Shown in pieces: positions 56,700-64,000 of a stretch of 64,000 nt of DNA. The stretch lies in the NCBI RefSeq assembly GCF_009914755.1, contig NC_060929.1. The stretch is one strand, 5' to 3'. The notes below the pieces were generated by a model, which did no database searches, was not told the origin of the DNA, and worked only from the letters and a program-made list of their open reading frames with translations. Every line of letters starts with the position of its first letter. Positions within the stretch are counted from its first letter, which is position 1. Both the position numbers and the translations under genes were made by a program. Origin of the DNA: the human T2T-CHM13v2.0 reference genome, Homo sapiens.

Positions 56700-56920
56700 G
56701 AGGGTTTACTGTGTTGCAGGCACTAGTTTTTAAGCATTTCTACTTAAAATATTTAGTTTTCAAAACAACCCTAAGTAATAGGTACTGTTATCATCTATGC
56801 TCAACCGATATCGTAACAGAGACTCAAAGAAGTTAAGAAATTTGTTCATGGCCATATAATAACTAGTAGAAATAAAATATAGTTGACGGAACTGCAGAGC
56901 CTTCCCTCCCAGCCCAACCA
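56700..56920 (-). mobile_element. MIR SINE
   Basis: ACAACCCTAAG..AGGTACTGTTATCATC..GAAGTTAAGAAATTTGTTCATGGCCA. Confidence 0.7.
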
Positions 56921-58269
56921 TAAATTTCTTTTACTGAGAGAGGTACATTGTAGGGGGCCTGATTTCTGTCTTGTTATTTTTTTCCCATTTTTTATCTCTC
57001 TGCAAGTTTCTATAATTATTGTAGCAAATAAAAAGGCCCTCTTTCTCTCTTTTTTGTTAAGGAAAACCTGTTTGCTATAAATTTCTGGTTTTTCACTAAG
57101 AGATAATAGTTTAGATTTGGATTTGTCTAACTTTGATCTTAACCTCTTTCTGAAAATCTCTCTCACAAAATGCTTAAATGTCATAAGATTTGAGATTTAC
57201 AGAACATGTGCAAACAGCACTAATTACACAATTGGTGGTGTGTCTTTTGTTAGAAAACCCTGGACCAAATGCAAACCTCTCAGTTCTTACTTCAGCTTTA
57301 AATGACATAGTAACTCTGCCGTTCTAAAAAAATGTTCAAATCCAAATATATCTAAGTGAACACTGAAAAAGAAATAAGTGGAATTCAGTACTTTTTTTTT
57401 TCTAAATCACTTTTATTAAGACAGCTTTCGAAAGCCATTTCTGTTAAAACATACTACAGTGGAGAAACACGATACAACAATTACTGTGTATAGAATTCAT
57501 CTTCCATCCTGAGGATAATAAAGGGCCTAGGACTATCACAATTTGGTTACTCCAAAGTGTCTTGTCACAAAAGATTAATGACAGCTACGCTTATCGACAG
57601 AGCACTTAGGAGCTCAGTTACCACCATGTTAATATCCAAAGGAGTATTCCCTCATACTGTGGTTTTGTATTTCCTCTTGTAAGTTTCATTTCCTTGCTTT
57701 TTCAATTTTACTTTCTGACCGTCTAAGTTAATTTTCATCACTTCCTTTGGTCTTTTTCAGTTTAAATCTCAATTTTGTGATCTGTCCCATATCACAATCC
57801 ACTGGAGCATTATTTAGTAACCACTTTTTTCCCCCTAGTTCACGGCCACAGAACTAGTGACAAAGTATCCTTGTTTTCTTACAGAATACAACATGTTTGC
57901 TAAACAATACCTTTCATTTACCTAGTTTTGAAATTCTTTCCTGGACATTGATATTTTTATCTTTAAACTTAGATGATCATTATTTATGAAGAAAATTAAA
58001 CAAGAAACAAATTTATGTTAGAGTAAAGGTAAGTGATTAGTTTAATGATTAAGGCATTAGGGATTTTGCTGTAGTAAAACTGGGATTTGAAACTTCTCCA
58101 GGTAATCCGTATGTTACCGATGAGGTAATTCTAGCTTCTTACACTGAAAGGCCATTGAAAATATGCCATCTTTTCTCATATTTTACAGGGAACAGTATCT
58201 ACAGAAAAAGTTTTCATTTCAGGCTTCCAAAGATTGGTTGAAAATACTTACCTGAATGAACAAGTTAGC

Positions 58270-58505
58270 TAACTAATAGTAACAATACCCAGTTTTTATT
58301 GTTAGAATGTGCCAGACTTTCTACGTGTTTTATATATATTATTTCATTTTTATCCTTCAGGGTAAGTACCATCAATATTGTCTTTTTAACGGGTAAAACA
58401 AACAAGTGTAAAGCGTTAAGGAGGTAACTTGCCTTAAGTTATTCAGCTGGTAGGTAATGGAGCAGAGATCAGAGCCTTGTTCTGATTCTCAAGTTTAGCT
58501 TTTTA
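58270..58505 (-). mobile_element. MIR SINE
   Basis: ATGTGCCAGAC..TATTATTTCATTT..GTAACTTGCCTTAAGTTA..CAGCTGGTAGGTAATGGAGC. Confidence 0.7.
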
Positions 58506-59429
58506 AGCATTTATGGTTGCCCCTCCTTAGTAGTTTATGTTTCTCCAGATTGCAAACGTATTATTTGAATGGCAACAACTAATTGGTTGCAGGTTGCTGG
58601 TTACATCCTTAGATGGACTATGTATTCTTTTCCTTGATCCCTGAATGTCTCCTCTTTTATCTCTTTCCAAAATGGACACCCTTGAGCACCGTTGTGTGAC
58701 AATTCTGTGACACTGTCATATTTGCTAACCTGATACATAGTTTAGTGTTTACAGTGCCATGACCAGCAATCCCATTATTAAGAGACAAAACCAGTGTTCC
58801 TGCAAACCCCCTACCCGCTCAGGTGCAGCATCCGTTCTTCAGGCCAATCTCCAGTTACTCTCTCAACTACTAAAGTCAAAGGGAATTTTTGCCCGGGTGA
58901 GAGTGGTGACACTGGGTCTGATGAGAGTTAAGACTGAGTCTTTGATGATTAAAGAGTCTTGGATCTCAGTAAGATTCTTCATGCAGACCTCAAAAGAGAA
59001 CTTTGCTTCAAGTAAATGCTTCTCTCTCCAAGTCTCTAAGCTTTAAGAGCTTGGGCTCTAGTTTATGATACTTTAAGTTTTAGAATTTGATTTGCTGGGA
59101 ATATCAGAAAGATTTTGCTCTGGTCTAATGCTTGGATTTGGCTGACATACAAAGTAAGTAAAAGTCACCTAACAAGATAATCTGCTTTGGATGGGAACTA
59201 AGATGATGAAAAACATGTATAGTGAAAAAAATCTCATAATCCAATCCAGTGACAAGCAAAGAAAGCAGTTCACTGCTTTACTGTAGCTGAAAAAGTTCAC
59301 ATTATAGATGCTATAACTAACTGGTGAAGAGATATTAGTCCCTGTTGCTCTTTGATTTATCTCAAGTTCCTCAAATAAGTGCCTAGTATGTGACAAATAC
59401 TTAATGAATTTGAAATGAATTAATGTTAT

Positions 59430-59625
59430 TGAGTTTGGGTTTGAGACATTTCTATTCTGAGTTTGAATCCCTCCTCTTTCATTAAGTATCAGTGTGAATG
59501 TGGGCAACCTAAATCACCTCCTTTTACTTAGTATCCTAATTTATAAAATGGGAATTATAACACCTTCTTAATAAGGTGGGTGTAAAATACATAAATAATA
59601 TAAGGCACATTCTTAGTACTATGGA
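59430..59625 (+). mobile_element. MIR SINE
   Basis: CTGAGTTTGAATCCC..TTTATAAAATGGGAATTATAACACC. Confidence 0.7.
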
Positions 59626-59631
59626 ATCCTA

Positions 59632-59930
59632 TTTTTTTTTTTTTTTTTTGAGACAAGATCTTACTGTGTCACCCTGGAGTGCAGTGGCAGCGCCGTCTTG
59701 GCTCACTGCAACCCCCACCTCCTGGGCTCAAGTGATCCTCCCGCCTCATCCCCCTGAGTAGCTCAGACTACAGGCATGAGCCACCATGCCGGGCTAATTT
59801 TTGTATTTTTTGTAGAGATGGGGTTTCACCATATTGCCCAGGCTAGTCTCAAACTCCTGAGCTCAGGCAATCCACCTGCCTCGGCTGCCCCAAGTGCTAG
59901 AATTATAGGCATGAGCCACAGTGCCCGACC
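59632..59930 (-). mobile_element. AluJ, full length
   Basis: CCTGGGCTCAAGTGATCCTCCCGCCTCA and TTGCCCAGGCT AluJ diagnostics; poly(T) at the left end. Confidence 0.93.
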
Positions 59931-60436
59931 CTATCACTTTTATAGCAGTAAATAACTAGCATCATCATCATGTCCATTATTATTATGGACATTATTATAT
60001 AGCACTGCCATGCTTGCCTGCCCCTTCTATCTTCTAGAAAAAATTAGAACAAGGAAGGTGTAGTGTCAATGCCTCACAACCATTGGACTGAATGTGTGGT
60101 TTCTTCAAAGTCAAGATGAGGGTTTATTGAGCCATTGATATTTGGAATGTTCTTAGTGTTTTCCACCTTCTGAAGACTGGAAATATAAAAATCCTCATTT
60201 GTGCCCAAGTATTATGCATTATAGAAGTTGTGCAAAACTTTATGAGCTCCTGTGCTTGACCAGGAATTAACAAGTTTATATAATTCTTGATGTTTATTTG
60301 AGAGAGAAAGGGGATCTTGGGATGGAATCAAGAGGATATTCTGAAAGGAAGCGAAGATGTGGCTTCTCCTGAGTAAGACTTAGAGAATGAGGTCTTATCA
60401 GTTTTCAGGCCTGGGGCCCCAACTATATCCTTTGCT

Positions 60437-60640
60437 CAGAATTTCTCAACATCAGCACTACTGACATTTGAAACCAGATAAACTTTTGTTGGGAGGGGCG
60501 ATTGTCTTATTCCCCGTGGGACACTTAGCAGCATGCCTGGCCTCTATTTATCAGATGCTAGTAGCACCCCTACCTCCAACTGTGACAACAAAAATTTCTC
60601 CAAACATTGCCAAACATCCCTTGGGAGTCAAAATCACCAT
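60437..60640 (+). mobile_element. MER20 (hAT-Charlie)
   Basis: TTTCTCAACATCAGCACTACTGACATTTG..TGTGACAACAAAAATTTCTCCAAACATTGCCAAA. Confidence 0.9.
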
Positions 60641-63109
60641 AGTGCTAAAGTGGCATGACTTTGATAAGGGTTATTTTCAAGTGTGTCTATGTATGGAGGT
60701 TGGAATTTCAGGAACCCAGGTAAACATCATTTGACTTTCACCATTAGTAAAGTCCTTTGGTAATTACTGATTACTTCCAACAGTTAGAGGTAAGTAGAAG
60801 CTAGATGTCTTCACACAGTCCAGCAACACTATGAAGCATTAGGTCTCAGTGACAGCCAGTCCCCTGTCAAGCTCCTGGCACACAAACAGACATTGTTAAC
60901 ACTAGGTGCATAAACGGTCATGCAGCCTATTCCTTATAGGTAAAGACTCTACTTTCCATCCTTATAGACCCTTTGAAAATCCCACTGACTCTCAAACTAT
61001 TCCATTTTTGGGGGGAACAGATGCTCAAGCCTTCTAGATCTGGAGTACTAACCCAGAGGCATTAAAGTCTCAAGCTTTTCAATAATACTTTTCAACAGTG
61101 TCTCCAAAAAGTCACTTTTGTGACTTTTTAACAACAAAAATTCACTTCTAATATCCTTTATTGTAACTAATAAACTCTGGCAAATTTATATAGTAGCATT
61201 TGAAGAACTAACAATAGCTGCCTCTGGAGTGTACATAACTGACTGAGAACCTTTAGGAGCTAAGGAAAACCCTAGAATGTAGATTCCTTATTAGGGTACC
61301 TCAGATGTTATTCAACTATCGCTACACTCTAGACAAAAGTTATTTTACACAAATTTTCACTACACAGTTGGTACTGTGCGTTGTAAAGAAAATTGGACCC
61401 ACGCTTGCATAAAAAGAGTTGGGCTGGGCATATTGGGCAAAGACCAGGAGGTCATTCTTTGAATTTTGGTTGGATAAACCCTGAGATTCAAACATGCTTA
61501 GATTTTATTCTCAAATTTAGAAGGTAAGATCTATTTATATTTGAAACACATATATATATTTAAAAACCATTTATGTAGGAGAAAGATAGGACATTTCTCA
61601 TCTCTCTCAGGTGGAATAACCTTACTTATTACATGGGTCTTCTCTGAGTTCAGTTTTAAGTTTAGGTTCTTCTTTTACCTTGACAACCCCCAATTTCATG
61701 CTGCCTTTCCTCTATCTATGGTAACTATAATCTTTTCGCTAGCTTTTAAGTAGGAATTTTAGTCCCAGCTGTAAAAACCTATTTTCATTGCAATGAAATA
61801 ACTTTTAATGATAGAGAATAGGAAAATTTGCCTCTAAGGGCAAAAATTGATGTGCTCTTATTTAGTTCTGGTTGGGATTCTCATTTTAGCATCCAAGGGT
61901 GCATTTGTATGTGCCCTCGAAAACCCTATATTTTGGGGCTCTTACATGTCATCTTTCCAGATACCAAGGTATCCTAAAGCTACATAATTATCTATTGTAA
62001 TTATTATAACAATATCTATTATTGCTTGCTCCTATTACAATGTATTATGATATATATATCATTTATTGATATATAGATATCTATCTATATAAATATATAA
62101 TGAGAAGAAACCTGAGATTCCAAAGCCTGTTTTTATTCCAGATTATTAATTCTGAGCTGGATTTGATCATTATTTTTATCTAAATAGTATTAAAATATGA
62201 CTTTTTCAATCTTGTTTTGGTTTTAGAAATATTTACACATTGGAGTAGAGATCCATCTCAGTGCCTAGCCTGGACTCTAAACACAATAAAATGTTTTTTG
62301 TTCCCTCAGCATGCTATGCTTCTAAGTGTTTTTTCTTCCTTTTTGTTTGCAACAGTTTTTTGTCTACCTGAAATAACCTTCTCTTCTTTTTCCTTTATCT
62401 TGTCTTTCTCCTACAGATCTCATTATCCTGTTGTGCCTTTTTTTTTTTTTTTTACCTTCTCCAGAAGTGGGAGATGCACTGCCTTGTCCCCTCTTCACTG
62501 ATGATGCTGTCCTGTAGCCATTTGCCATCCTTGCTCTTTTTGAACGTGGCTGCCAGCTTTTTGGAGAAGGAAATATGGTGTAGCTATTATTGCATTTGGA
62601 GAAACTAGCACAATTTATGACTAAGGAAGAGCATCAATAGATATATCCTGAATTGACTTGAAATTAAAATTTCAGCCTTCTTATAATTTACATATCTGAT
62701 ACTTTAGAGTGCATGCTTTTTAGTTGACAAAGGAAGACATTTGGAATGGGAAGTGGGGAGTGTCATTCCAAAAGCAGCTGCAGTAGAAGCATTAGAACTA
62801 CCTCGTCCAGCCAGCCCTGTGTGACAAGGTGGGCAGCATATGGCGGGACAAGCTTTCGGAACGCTGACAGCAGTGGGGTATAGCACGGAATAGAAGATGG
62901 GGGCACCATAACAAGACACTATGTTTGATGATCTTCAGTAAAGTTACTAAGCTCGTGTGTGCTCAAAGGGATGAGATTCCTTAGAAGAATCGAAGGAGGA
63001 CAGAATCTTGGGTCTGAATTTGACACGTGGGTTCCTGGGAATGTCTATGAAAACAGGCATGGAAATAGGGGCAATGAGAAAGTAAGATGGGAAATTGGTA
63101 GAAACTCTG

Positions 63110-63140
63110 AGTGTGTGTTTGTGTGTGTGTGTCTGTGTGT
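63110..63140. repeat. Imperfect (TG)n
   Basis: Direct reading. Confidence 0.8.
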
Positions 63141-63259
63141 TAGTAAACAGTGGGAACACACAAATTTTAAAATTTAGAGCATTCAGGACCATTTCACTTA
63201 AATCTCAGAAGTACAGAAAGGCTCCCAAGAATCATGTTACAGATACTTTATGTCCACGA

Positions 63260-63615
63260 TTTCGTTTGATTCTCACATTAACATAATGAAATAGACACAA
63301 AGTAGTTATTGTTATCATTTCACAGATGAGGAAATGCAACTTAAAGAGGTTAAGTTCATAATAATTAAATTATGTTAAATTATTCATTTAAATGAATACT
63401 AAGAGGCAGAATTATGTGCTGAGTATTGTATGCTTCACTTCATTATCTCATTTAATCATCTCAAATACAACAAGAGGTCGCTACTATTATTATACCCACT
63501 TTTCAGTCGAGGAAACTGAGAGGTTAAGCTGGTTCCTCAGTGTCACACAGGAAACCATGAACTGAGAATCAGGTCCATCCATTCTAAAGCCTCTATAGTT
63601 AGTCACTGTGATTTT
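63260..63615 (-). mobile_element. Two tandem MIR fragments
   Basis: CATTTCACAGATGAGGAAA (63316-) and CCCACTTTTCAGTCGAGGAAACTGAG (63495-). Confidence 0.8.
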
Positions 63616-64000
63616 ACCTTTGCAGCTTATGAATCTTAAAATCCAGTCTTCTTCAACACTACTTTTCTCCTACTCCATTACAAACAAACAAGTAAATCAG
63701 AAAAAAGAAAAAAAAAAAAGGAAACAATCCAGGAGATGATTTCAGCCCCGACTTTAACATTTGCTCATTCATTTTAATCGTGCTCTATGACAACAAAGGA
63801 GTGTGGGGATTCCAAGTACAACCAGTAACTTGTTCCATATTCAGAATGGGCCCTCACATCCCATCGCCTGGCCACATGCTCTGTTCATTCCTGTGATCAC
63901 AGACACAGCCAGCAACCCGTTCCATCACCTCCTGCCTCTTTGCATTTCAAGTGTTTCAGGGTGCCTGCAGACAGGAACTCATTTATCCCTCCATGTGATG

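Noticed and set aside
61980-62102. AT-rich short dyads (ATGATATATATATCAT etc.)
   Set aside because: Symmetry is a by-product of (TA)n low complexity

Overview
This is primate (very probably human) AT-rich, CpG-depleted intronic or intergenic DNA. The Alu, L1PA, MST/MLT LTR, MIR, L2 and MER repeats establish the lineage. I found no credible protein-coding gene, RNA gene, CpG island or CRISPR array. The ORF track is explained by Alu read-through, microsatellites, LTR/LINE fragments and chance ORFs. Very roughly half the window is recognisable transposon relics. Repeat families were called from remembered consensus sequences, so subfamilies and old-element boundaries (about +/-30 bp or more) need RepeatMasker/Dfam confirmation. 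I do not see a novel biological system. The best second-look items are structural: a 176-bp unassigned imperfect palindrome (24575-24750), a young L1PA insertion with a twin-priming inversion (7645-7931), an Alu truncated by an in-place micro-inversion (35028-35177), a near full-length HAL1 (about 20985-24080), and a MER94 fold-back hairpin. There are also repeat-free islands with enhancer-like motifs (7140-7560, 47820-50880).
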